Assembly (NCBI GenBank): GCA_050951325.1
Contig: JBMNIW010000004.1
Span: 1 to 64,000, forward strand
Length of the DNA: 64,000 bases
Direction of reading: 5' to 3'
Origin: Clostridia bacterium
GTDB lineage: Bacteria > Bacillota > Clostridia > UBA1212 > DUPL01
This document shows positions 20,411 to 28,484 of the stretch, in pieces; positions within the stretch are counted from its first letter, which is position 1, and each line of letters begins with the position of its first letter. The notes below the pieces were generated by a model. The model did not search any database. It worked only from the letters and a program-made list of their open reading frames with translations, and had not been told where the DNA came from. The translations under genes and the position numbers were made by a program.

Positions 20411-21523
20411 TTACTTTAGCTTGTCCTCTATTGCCGATATAATAGGATACATCTCATTATAATGTTTGTGAATGAACAAAGCATTCTTTTTTTTGTACAA
20501 TTTGCGAGCTATTGTGTCGGATATTTCAATAATCATCCTCTCATGCTCGCATTGAAGTGGTGACACTTTGTCAATATATCCACTTGCACTAATGTTAGCA
20601 CAAGAACAATAGTTTCTGCACCTGTCATACAAAGCGCACCCCTCGCAATCAGAGGCAATACTTTTGCTTAGTTCATGAACCTTTTTTCTTTTCTCATCTG
20701 AAATACCCGTATCCAAATGCCCCAGATGATATTCATCCCGGTCAACAAGCTGAAGACATGGATACAAATCTCCCTCGGGAGTTACTGAAATATGCCTTTC
20801 TCCTAGTGAGCAGGTTTCCTTTGAACTTTTGTTGAAAATATAGTTGCTGATTTTTATATCAAAGGGAGCAAAATAGAATTTGTCTTCCTTTATTGTCTTT
20901 TCATAATACAAATCCGCAATCCTGCCATACTCTTCCTTTAACACTCTCAAATCCTCATCCGTCCAGGGTGCAAAATGATTTATCGTGCAAACAACATAGG
21001 TAAATCCCAAATCATACAAATACTTTACCGAATCAGAAAGATAAGGTGCAGTCTCCGGATTTACAGTTGCCATGCAAACTGCATTCGGTTTGTACTTTAA
21101 AAGCATTTTTGCAGCATTAACAACCCTTTCATGGCTTCCCTGACTGTTTAAATCCACTCTGCACATATCATGCACATTTTTGTCGCCATCGATACTGATG
21201 GCTATAAGGAGCCCGAAATTCTTTGCAAACAGGCACATCTGCTCATCCAATAACAGACCATTCGTAGTCAGACTGAAGGAAAAACGTCTGTCAGGATACC
21301 TTGCTTTGGAATACAAGACAGTATCATATATTAAATTCTTCATGAGGAGGGGCTCTCCTCCATAAAAGGAGATGCCAATGTTTTCTTTCTCAAGGGAACG
21401 TCGAACTACAAAATCGACAGCTTTAAAAGCTGTCATTCTGTCCATGAATCTTTCGCATTTGTCTACAAAGCAATATGAACATTTCAAATTGCAGCTGTTT
21501 GTTAGATGTAATGTAATATTCAT
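20411..21523 (-). CDS. Radical SAM/SPASM-domain protein
   Basis: CNLKCSYC, YGGEPLL and ISIDG; SPASM C-x12-G-x4-C ... C-x2-C-x5-C-x3-C-x-C ... C; no N-terminal RRE extension. Confidence 0.93.
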   Translation of the reverse strand: MNITLHLTNSCNLKCSYCFVDKCERFMDRMTAFKAVDFVVRRSLEKENIGISFYGGEPLLMKNLIYDTVLYSKARYPDRRFSFSLTTNGLLLDEQMCLFAKNFGLLIAISIDGDKNVHDMCRVDLNSQGSHERVVNAAKMLLKYKPNAVCMATVNPETAPYLSDSVKYLYDLGFTYVVCTINHFAPWTDEDLRVLKEEYGRIADLYYEKTIKEDKFYFAPFDIKISNYIFNKSSKETCSLGERHISVTPEGDLYPCLQLVDRDEYHLGHLDTGISDEKRKKVHELSKSIASDCEGCALYDRCRNYCSCANISASGYIDKVSPLQCEHERMIIEISDTIARKLYKKKNALFIHKHYNEMYPIISAIEDKLK

Positions 21524-22179
21524 AAAATACCTTGCTCTTCCATCATTTTAATAAAGTCTCTTACCTGCTGACGAAGCTCTTCTTCCATTGAACCGTAGTC
21601 AAAACCTTGAGTGTTGTAAAATGCAGCAACTATTTCACCATTTTCCGTCTCGAACATGCCATCTTCAAAAAACTCCTTCAGGAATTCTCCTCTTGTAAAA
21701 TAATCGTCTATCAAGACTTTATCATCCGTCCATTTGGAAAAGTCATGATGAGACACAAATTCAAAGTAGATAGTTCCATCCTTGCTCATACCATCCACCT
21801 CTAGTTCTGCCTTTAAGGTGTGGTACTCGAATTCTTCTTCATACTCCACATCCACAGGCAGCTCGGCATTTACTTTTACTCTATAGGCGTGTTCAAACTC
21901 GATACCTTGAGCTAAAAATTCGTCAATTATTATTTCAACACCCTCATCCTCTGCAAAAGTCAGAGTAACATACGCATCTCCCGCCAATACAACAGGAACT
22001 GTTCTATTAAAAAGAGTTCTTGGATCGCAGCTTGCCAAAAGAACAGATGAAAAAAGAGTGCCAGAGACCAAAAGCCCTTTCCATCTTTCAGGCATGTTCT
22101 TTAGTAATTCGGGATTGATTAATGTCTCTTCCTTTGTAGGATACCCTGCATTGTATCTCCTCGCCTTACAGATTTTCAT
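21520..22179 (-). CDS. Lipoprotein with long conserved leader, paralog A
   Basis: MKICKARRYNAGYP...PERWK, hydrophobic stretch, LASC lipobox at Cys51; stop overlaps the rSAM start; GGGAG RBS. Confidence 0.82.
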   Translation of the reverse strand: MKICKARRYNAGYPTKEETLINPELLKNMPERWKGLLVSGTLFSSVLLASCDPRTLFNRTVPVVLAGDAYVTLTFAEDEGVEIIIDEFLAQGIEFEHAYRVKVNAELPVDVEYEEEFEYHTLKAELEVDGMSKDGTIYFEFVSHHDFSKWTDDKVLIDDYFTRGEFLKEFFEDGMFETENGEIVAAFYNTQGFDYGSMEEELRQQVRDFIKMMEEQGIL

Positions 22180-22208
22180 AGTAATCTCCCTTACCAAATT
22201 AAATTATA

Positions 22209-22892
22209 TTATATCACACCTTGATATTCCAACATTTGAATGAAATCTCTTACCTGTTTTCTTAAATCCTTTTCCATATTGTCAACATTAGTGTGTTTGC
22301 TATAAAATGCAAGAACTATCTCATCGTTCTTCGTATTGAACTTTCCGTCCTCAAGGAATCCCCTCAAGAAGGTCGTTGAGTAGTAAGGATACATGTTATC
22401 CTGCCCGGCCCATTTGGAAAAGTCTTCTTTGGATATGAATTCAAAAGAAATACTAAGGTCCTCACTTGTTCCGTCAACAATAAATTCAGAAGTCAGAGTA
22501 TAATATTCGAACTCCATGGAATCTCCAATACTTTTTACATCCACAGGCAGCTCTGCAACAACCCTCTTTGTATTTTCAGAATCAAACATAATACCATAAG
22601 CTTTAAACTCATCTACAATAATGTCTATTGCCTCTTCATCAATGTAATAATACGGGATTGAAATTACAACTCCCTCAATTAAAGGGGGAGTTGGTGTAGG
22701 TTTTATTTTATTCCATAAGTCCTGCGGACTGTTTATACCACAACTGGCAAGTATTACTGATGACAGGATTGTACCGGAAGCCAATAACGCTTTCCATCTG
22801 TCAGGGGCATTCTTTAATAGATTGGGATTTTTCAAAGTCTCTTCCCTTTTAGGGTAACCTGCATTGTATTTTTTAACTTTATGTATTTGCAT
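22209..22892 (-). CDS. Lipoprotein with long conserved leader, paralog B
   Basis: Start at ATG 22892 by alignment to paralog A (MQIHKVKKYNAGYP...PDRWK...LASC). Confidence 0.82.
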   Translation of the reverse strand: MQIHKVKKYNAGYPKREETLKNPNLLKNAPDRWKALLASGTILSSVILASCGINSPQDLWNKIKPTPTPPLIEGVVISIPYYYIDEEAIDIIVDEFKAYGIMFDSENTKRVVAELPVDVKSIGDSMEFEYYTLTSEFIVDGTSEDLSISFEFISKEDFSKWAGQDNMYPYYSTTFLRGFLEDGKFNTKNDEIVLAFYSKHTNVDNMEKDLRKQVRDFIQMLEYQGVI

Positions 22893-22909
22893 ATCCTGCC
22901 CCCGAATCT

Positions 22910-23605
22910 TCACAATACTCCTTGTTCCTGTAGCATCTGAACAAACTCTCTCACCTGCTGCCTGAGTTCCTCTTCCAGCCATGTAGGGTCATGATGCGAA
23001 CTGTTGTAAAAGGCCATGACAAGTTCACCATTCTTTGTTTCAAAAATTCCTTCTTCCAAGAACTCATCAAGAAATTTTCCTTTAATATGTTCAGAGTTCA
23101 TGTTCTCATCAGTTGTCCATTTGGAAAAATCCTCTTTTGATACATACTCAAAAGAAATTTTGTAATCCTTGTTGATGCCGTCCACATTTAGCCCGGTGGG
23201 AAGGGTGTAATATTTGAATTTATCGTTCCTAACATCAAACTTCACATCCACCGGCAGCTCCGCCACAACCTTGTCAGTATTGACTGTATCAAAAGCAATG
23301 CCGCTGTTTGCAAACTCGTCAACAATAACGTCAATAGCCTCCTCATCGGTGAAGTAATACTCTTAAATTACAATCATCCCTCCGAAAAAGCCTTGTTGTG
23401 GTGTTGGTGTTGGTATAAGTTTGTTCAATAAATCCTGAGGGCTGTTCACACCACAGCTTGATAATATTACTGAGGACAAAACAGAACCGGATACCAGAAG
23501 GTTTTTCCACCTGTTAGGCGTATTCTTTAAAAGATTCGGATTATTCAGTGTATCTTCCCTTCTGGGATACCCTGGCTTCTATTTGTATACTTTACAAATT
23601 TTCAT
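22910..23605 (-). pseudogene. Lipoprotein with long conserved leader, paralog C; two in-frame stops
   Basis: Manual translation MKICKVYK*KPGYPRRE...PNRWK...LSSC...GMIVI*EYYFTDEEAID continues in frame into ORF 22910-23266; TAG at 23579-23581, TAA at 23363-23365; AAGGAG RBS. Confidence 0.85.
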
Positions 23606-23743
23606 AATATTCTCCTTGCAGATATTTGATACAATTATATATCATCTTTACAAAAAACACAAAATTTATTTAATTGTTATAAGCGTGCCGTTATGATATT
23701 ATTATCTAGTAAGAATCAAATCAGGAGGAAAGGAGAATTACAT

Positions 23744-24727
23744 ATGAATTACAACCAACAATACGGACAATTCAACAATCCGTTCAACAACATTACACCT
23801 GAGCAGAAAAAAACGATAAAAAGAGTTGTTATAGCAGTTGTAATAGTTATAATAGCCTTAATAATTGGCACAACCAGCTGGTATACAGTTGAAGAAAAAC
23901 AGATGGGTGTTGTGACCACTTTCGGAAAGGTTACAAAAACCACAGAGGCTGGTTTTCATTTAAAACTTCCCTTTGGCATACAAAAGGTATATAAGGTGGA
24001 TGTTAATGTCCATCAGAAAATTGAAATTGGATATGTATACGATGAGAATACAGGAGAGTACAAGACATTAGGCAATGAAAGCAAGATGATTACAGGAGAT
24101 TTCAATATTGTAAACATCGACTTCTTTGTGGAGTACAAGATATATGATCCTGTAAAATATCTTTTCTCATCCATCAATCCTGAAGGAATATTGAAAAGCC
24201 TTATTCAGAGCCAGATACGTACCGTTGTCAGCGCTTACAAGGTAGAAGACGTACTTACCACGGAAAAGGCCAGCATCCAGATGGAGTGTAAGGAACTAAT
24301 TACTGATGAACTTGAGAAATATGACATAGGACTTCAATTGATAGACGTCAAGATTCAGGATGCGGAAGCTCCTACCGAAGAAGTAATTGCAGCCTTCAAG
24401 GCAGTTGAGACTGCAAAGCAGGACAAGGAAACTGCCTTGAATGAAGCAAAAGCCTACGAGAACCAGAAACTGCCCGAGGCTCAGGCTGAAAGCGACAAGC
24501 TCAAACAGGAAGCAGAATACAAGAAGCAAAACAGAATAAACGAGGCAAGACAGCAAATCGCCATGTTCAATGCCATCTACAAGGAATATGAGATAAATCC
24601 AAATATTACAAAGCAGAGGATGTACTACGAGGCTATCGAAAGCATTCTCCCGGGAGTTAAAATCATAATCATAACAGACGAAAACGGCACACAAACGCTT
24701 CTGCCGATAGACAAATTCACATCGTAA
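23744..24727 (+). CDS. hflK: FtsH protease modulator HflK
   Basis: N-terminal TM and SPFH domain, MITGDFNIV, ITKQRMYYE; paired with hflC. Confidence 0.9.
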   Translation: MNYNQQYGQFNNPFNNITPEQKKTIKRVVIAVVIVIIALIIGTTSWYTVEEKQMGVVTTFGKVTKTTEAGFHLKLPFGIQKVYKVDVNVHQKIEIGYVYDENTGEYKTLGNESKMITGDFNIVNIDFFVEYKIYDPVKYLFSSINPEGILKSLIQSQIRTVVSAYKVEDVLTTEKASIQMECKELITDELEKYDIGLQLIDVKIQDAEAPTEEVIAAFKAVETAKQDKETALNEAKAYENQKLPEAQAESDKLKQEAEYKKQNRINEARQQIAMFNAIYKEYEINPNITKQRMYYEAIESILPGVKIIIITDENGTQTLLPIDKFTS

Positions 24728-24740
24728 GGAGGTATTTGAG

Positions 24741-25625
24741 ATGAAAAAGAAAGTAACACTTACACTGGCAATCGTTATTGCATTCATACTAATCATATTG
24801 GCTGCCTCTTCCCTATATACTGTAAAAGAGGACGAATACGCCCTCATTCTTCGCTTTTCAAAGGTTGAGTCAATAAAAAGCGAGTCGGGACTCTACTTCA
24901 GAATCCCTTTTATTGAAACCATTCTGAAATTTCCTAAGAATCTGCAGCTTTACGATCTCAGACCTTCTGACGTTCTGACAAGCGACTCAAAGGCAATGAG
25001 TGTGGACAGCTATGTACTTTGGAAAATATCAGACCCGCTCCAGTTTTACAAAACATTGGGTTCAATAGCAGAAGCCCAGGTAAGACTTGATGCTAGTACA
25101 TACAACGCACTTAAGAATGTAATAGGAAGAAAAGAACAAAATGCAATAATAACTCAGCAGGATACCGGCAGAGATACCTTGAACGAAGAAATATTCCAGA
25201 ATGTGAAAAACACATCAACAGGTTACGGAATTGAAATAATGGACGTAAAGGTTAAAAGATTTGATTTGCCTCAAGCCAACGAGGAAGCTGTATACAGAAG
25301 AATGATATCAGACAGAAATCAAATTGCAGCAAGATATCTTGCTGAAGGTCAGTCTGAAGCAAACATGCTGAAGAACGAAGTTGACAAGAAAGTAAGCCTC
25401 CTCATTTCAGAGGCAAGAGTAACAGCTGAAGAATTGATAGCTGAAGGTGAAGCGGAATACATGAGACTTCTTGCAGAAACCTTTGATACAAAGGAAAAGC
25501 AGGACTTCTACATATTCATGCGTTCTCTTGAAGCATTGAAGGCATCCCTCACTGGAGATGACAAGACTGTTGTTCTTGGCAGGGATTCGGATATAGCGAA
25601 AATCCTTATGGGGATTTCCGAATAA
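24741..25625 (+). CDS. hflC: FtsH protease modulator HflC
   Basis: SPFH domain, AVYRRMISDR and FYIFMRSLEA. Confidence 0.9.
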   Translation: MKKKVTLTLAIVIAFILIILAASSLYTVKEDEYALILRFSKVESIKSESGLYFRIPFIETILKFPKNLQLYDLRPSDVLTSDSKAMSVDSYVLWKISDPLQFYKTLGSIAEAQVRLDASTYNALKNVIGRKEQNAIITQQDTGRDTLNEEIFQNVKNTSTGYGIEIMDVKVKRFDLPQANEEAVYRRMISDRNQIAARYLAEGQSEANMLKNEVDKKVSLLISEARVTAEELIAEGEAEYMRLLAETFDTKEKQDFYIFMRSLEALKASLTGDDKTVVLGRDSDIAKILMGISE

Positions 25626-25634
25626 TATGGGGAG

Positions 25635-26150
25635 ATGATAGACAGTATGCAAAAAATGCAACATCCTGACAAGAAAGTCATGAAGGTATGGAGATTCAAA
25701 TACTATGTTCTTTTGGCATTACAGATTATAGCGTATGTAATAGCACTAGTATTTGCCCTCACTTCCGGGAACAAGGATTTTGCAATATTCGCAACCACTG
25801 TGTTTGTATTAACTGCAGCTGCGGTAATTGCCGCAGCTACAAGTTTACCAAAACTAAGTTACAAGCGCAGAAAATATTTGTTCACGGAGGACAAGATAGA
25901 AATAGTAAAAGGAATCATATTCATTGAAACATCCATGATACCCATTTCAAGAATCCAGCACCTGACAATTGACGAAGGACCTCTTCTCAGACGCCACAAT
26001 CTGGCGTCCATAGTCGTGTACACAACTGCGGGCTTCTTTAAAATGGAAGGTCTGGCACGTGAAGACGCATACAAAATAGCGGATTTTCTAAAAAACACCG
26101 TCAATATAAAAGTAAGAAATGAGGATGAAAATGATAAAGAGGCGCAGTAG
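25635..26150 (+). CDS. YdbS-like membrane protein with bacterial PH domain
   Basis: Two TM helices then IPISRIQHL...GPLLR...YTTAG. Confidence 0.8.
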   Translation: MIDSMQKMQHPDKKVMKVWRFKYYVLLALQIIAYVIALVFALTSGNKDFAIFATTVFVLTAAAVIAAATSLPKLSYKRRKYLFTEDKIEIVKGIIFIETSMIPISRIQHLTIDEGPLLRRHNLASIVVYTTAGFFKMEGLAREDAYKIADFLKNTVNIKVRNEDENDKEAQ

Positions 26151-27549
26151 TTTTGTAACTGTAATAGACAACACCTGGAAAGGTGCTATCGGCTTCACAG
26201 TGTTCATTATATTGGAGCTTTTTGAGAATGGTGTAAGTTCAAATCTAAAGTATGTAGTACTTGTTCTGGCATTAGTTATTGCGCCAATCCTCTTCCTGTT
26301 GCAGTTCATAAGATGGCGTATAACGTATTTCATCTATGACGGAGATACAGTTACCCTCGAAAAGGCGGGTATCTTTAAAAAGAAGCTGACAATCCCTGTA
26401 GATAAGATATCGACGGTGGATATAAAAAAGAATATTCTCGGACACCTTACAGGTACCTCAAGAGTGAAAGTTGACAGTGGCGGAAAACAAATGGGCAACG
26501 ACAACAGCGGCGCTGAAATCAACCTGATATTCGATGATGAGTTTGCAAGGCAGATAAAGGCATACATCTTCAAGGAAGAAGTTGAAGTACACACAAAGGG
26601 CTTCAGAATGTCGGGCATGGAATTGTTCATAGATGGTCTACTTAGAAGAAAACTAATCTATGCAATCCCTTTCTTCTTTTCGATTTACGTGCTGGCAACT
26701 GCAGTACTAAATGAAAAAACCGTAGACAGCATTACATCCAAGGCATTAACGTATATTAAAAGCCTTGAATTTTTCGTCATTTTGATTCTTGCTGTAATAT
26801 TTATTATTATCACCAATATCACTTCAATAGTAAAGGAACTCATAAAATATCACAACTTCACATTGCAAAAGCAAAGAGACGTGATTGCAACTAGCTTTGG
26901 CCTTTTCACAACTCAAAACTATTCACTGCCAATAGAAAAGATAAGGGCAGTAATACTAAGACAAAATACTCTCTTCAGACTTCTTGGCTACTGGTCCATA
27001 TCGGTGGTATGCATTGGTTTGGGTGATGAAAAGAATGAAAAACCAGTTATCTTTCCTCTTGCCAACAAGGAAAGACTTAAAAGCATTCTGTCCATGATTG
27101 ATCCTGCAATCGTTGTTGACGACCCAATTCACAAGGTACCAAAAAGAGGCAGAGTTTTCTACTATCTGCCCCTTGTAGTATACCTGATACTTGTGCTCAT
27201 CATTTTTGCGGTAACCAGCATCATTTTCGAAGTAAAAACCATATACTTTGTCGCACCGGCACTTGTTCTGCCCCTTCTTCTGGTTGTTGCATTCTTGTCC
27301 TTGAAAAACGCAGGACTGTTGTACAATGAAAACTATGTAACTGTAACAAACGGAATCTTCACAAAAACCACTACCATTGTTCCAGTAAGACATGTGCAAT
27401 CGGTGGGCATGAGGGAAGCTTTTTACAAAAGAAAGAAAAATTTGTGCAATCTGCATCTTAAGTTCTATCCAGGATTCACAAATCCCAGTCTTTCAAGTTT
27501 TGACAAGGTGCATTTTGCAGCCATTGCAGAAATGCTGGAAAAGGGTTAA
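26131..27549 (+). CDS. YdbT-like membrane protein with three bacterial PH domains
   Basis: Three TM-pair + PH repeats (IPVDKI, LPIEKI, VPVRHVQ); overlaps the YdbS-like gene. Confidence 0.8.
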   Translation: MIKRRSSFVTVIDNTWKGAIGFTVFIILELFENGVSSNLKYVVLVLALVIAPILFLLQFIRWRITYFIYDGDTVTLEKAGIFKKKLTIPVDKISTVDIKKNILGHLTGTSRVKVDSGGKQMGNDNSGAEINLIFDDEFARQIKAYIFKEEVEVHTKGFRMSGMELFIDGLLRRKLIYAIPFFFSIYVLATAVLNEKTVDSITSKALTYIKSLEFFVILILAVIFIIITNITSIVKELIKYHNFTLQKQRDVIATSFGLFTTQNYSLPIEKIRAVILRQNTLFRLLGYWSISVVCIGLGDEKNEKPVIFPLANKERLKSILSMIDPAIVVDDPIHKVPKRGRVFYYLPLVVYLILVLIIFAVTSIIFEVKTIYFVAPALVLPLLLVVAFLSLKNAGLLYNENYVTVTNGIFTKTTTIVPVRHVQSVGMREAFYKRKKNLCNLHLKFYPGFTNPSLSSFDKVHFAAIAEMLEKG

Positions 27550-28397
27550 TCAAACACAAAAGGGAGCACAATCTCATGGGTGCCGTCTTTATCTATAAAG
27601 TGATGTTTGACACCCAATTCCTGCATCCAGTCCCTTACAACCAATGTCTGCCAGGGACCAGAACCATAACCCTTTCCAATGTCGTTATCATAAAGCCACA
27701 AGGGAGTCGGCCAAAGACATGCCTTGGGCTTTATTGCTTCATACACTTCTTTTGTAACACCATTTTGTCCATGATGAGCCATTTGCACAAAATCGCTTCT
27801 CAATTCCTCACCATGTTTCTCAAGCAGAACCTTCCCCTGCTCCACTCCTGCATCTCCCAAAAACAAAACAGTCTGTCCTTCCACTTCCATCCTGATAATC
27901 GAGCAGCTGTTGTTGACCACATTTGAGTTTCTCATAAAGCTTTCATCATAAACAAGCAATACTTCAAAATGCACATCTCCAAATGAAAACTTATCACCGT
28001 TCTGTAGAATAACAACCTCTGTATCGGAAAGCTTCTCTACTGCCTTGTAAAACTCATCCATGGTCAGTACAGTAGAATCAGTATAATCATATTGTGAAAC
28101 CAATTCCCTGTCCGGGAAATTATACAGAACCTTGTTGACAAAAAACTCATCCATTTTTGAGTTTACCAATGTTACAAAGGCATTCACATGATCCGAGTGC
28201 ACATGGGTAAAGAACCATGCATCAATATTTACTTTTTCACTGTTTGTCTTGTCCTTTAGGAACTCCAATAAGTAGTCGGCATCTCCCGCATTTCCACCAT
28301 CAATGACTATACACCTGTTTTCCCTTGTAATTATCACATAAGACATCATCTGTTGTGTGGTCCTGGTTTGCAGCTGATACATTTTTGTCAAGTTCAT
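27546..28397 (-). CDS. Metallo-beta-lactamase fold hydrolase (ComEC-like subgroup)
   Basis: IDGG, THVHSDH, FLGD and AHHG motifs. Confidence 0.85.
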   Translation of the reverse strand: MNLTKMYQLQTRTTQQMMSYVIITRENRCIVIDGGNAGDADYLLEFLKDKTNSEKVNIDAWFFTHVHSDHVNAFVTLVNSKMDEFFVNKVLYNFPDRELVSQYDYTDSTVLTMDEFYKAVEKLSDTEVVILQNGDKFSFGDVHFEVLLVYDESFMRNSNVVNNSCSIIRMEVEGQTVLFLGDAGVEQGKVLLEKHGEELRSDFVQMAHHGQNGVTKEVYEAIKPKACLWPTPLWLYDNDIGKGYGSGPWQTLVVRDWMQELGVKHHFIDKDGTHEIVLPFVFD

Positions 28398-28453
28398 CCA
28401 CTCCCTATATAAATTTCAAGGTTATATTATCACTTGCAGAAATCTTAATCAAT

Positions 28454-28481
28454 AAAAAAAAGAGCGAGGTTTCCCTCGCCC
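28454..28481 (-). terminator. Intrinsic terminator of lon
   Basis: GCGAGG-n4-CCTCGC stem followed by a T8 run on the minus strand. Confidence 0.8.
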
Positions 28482-28484
28482 AAA

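Noticed and set aside
22015-22030. CDPRT as a sulfatase formylglycine motif, making the rSAM an anSME
   Set aside because: The motif needs C-x-P-x-R; this Cys is the lipobox Cys, the sequence is not conserved in paralogs B and C, and no sulfatase is nearby
21520-22892. YG dipeptides as splicease (tyramine excision) sites
   Set aside because: DYG in paralog A and AYG in paralog B are at non-homologous positions and absent from C; not excluded, but unsupported
22893-22982. ORF-track N-terminal extension of paralog B
   Set aside because: It overlaps the 3' end of paralog C; alignment places the start at 22892
23395-23415. TGTTGG short tandem repeat
   Set aside because: It simply encodes the PTPTP linker
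23579-23581. TAG as pyrrolysine or an alternative genetic code
   Set aside because: It aligns with Tyr (TAC) in the paralogs, the same gene also has a TAA, and TAG/TGA terminate normal genes throughout the window
21520-23605. Paralog array as a diversity-generating retroelement or recombination cassette system
   Set aside because: No reverse transcriptase or recombinase in the window, and divergence is spread throughout rather than adenine-specific
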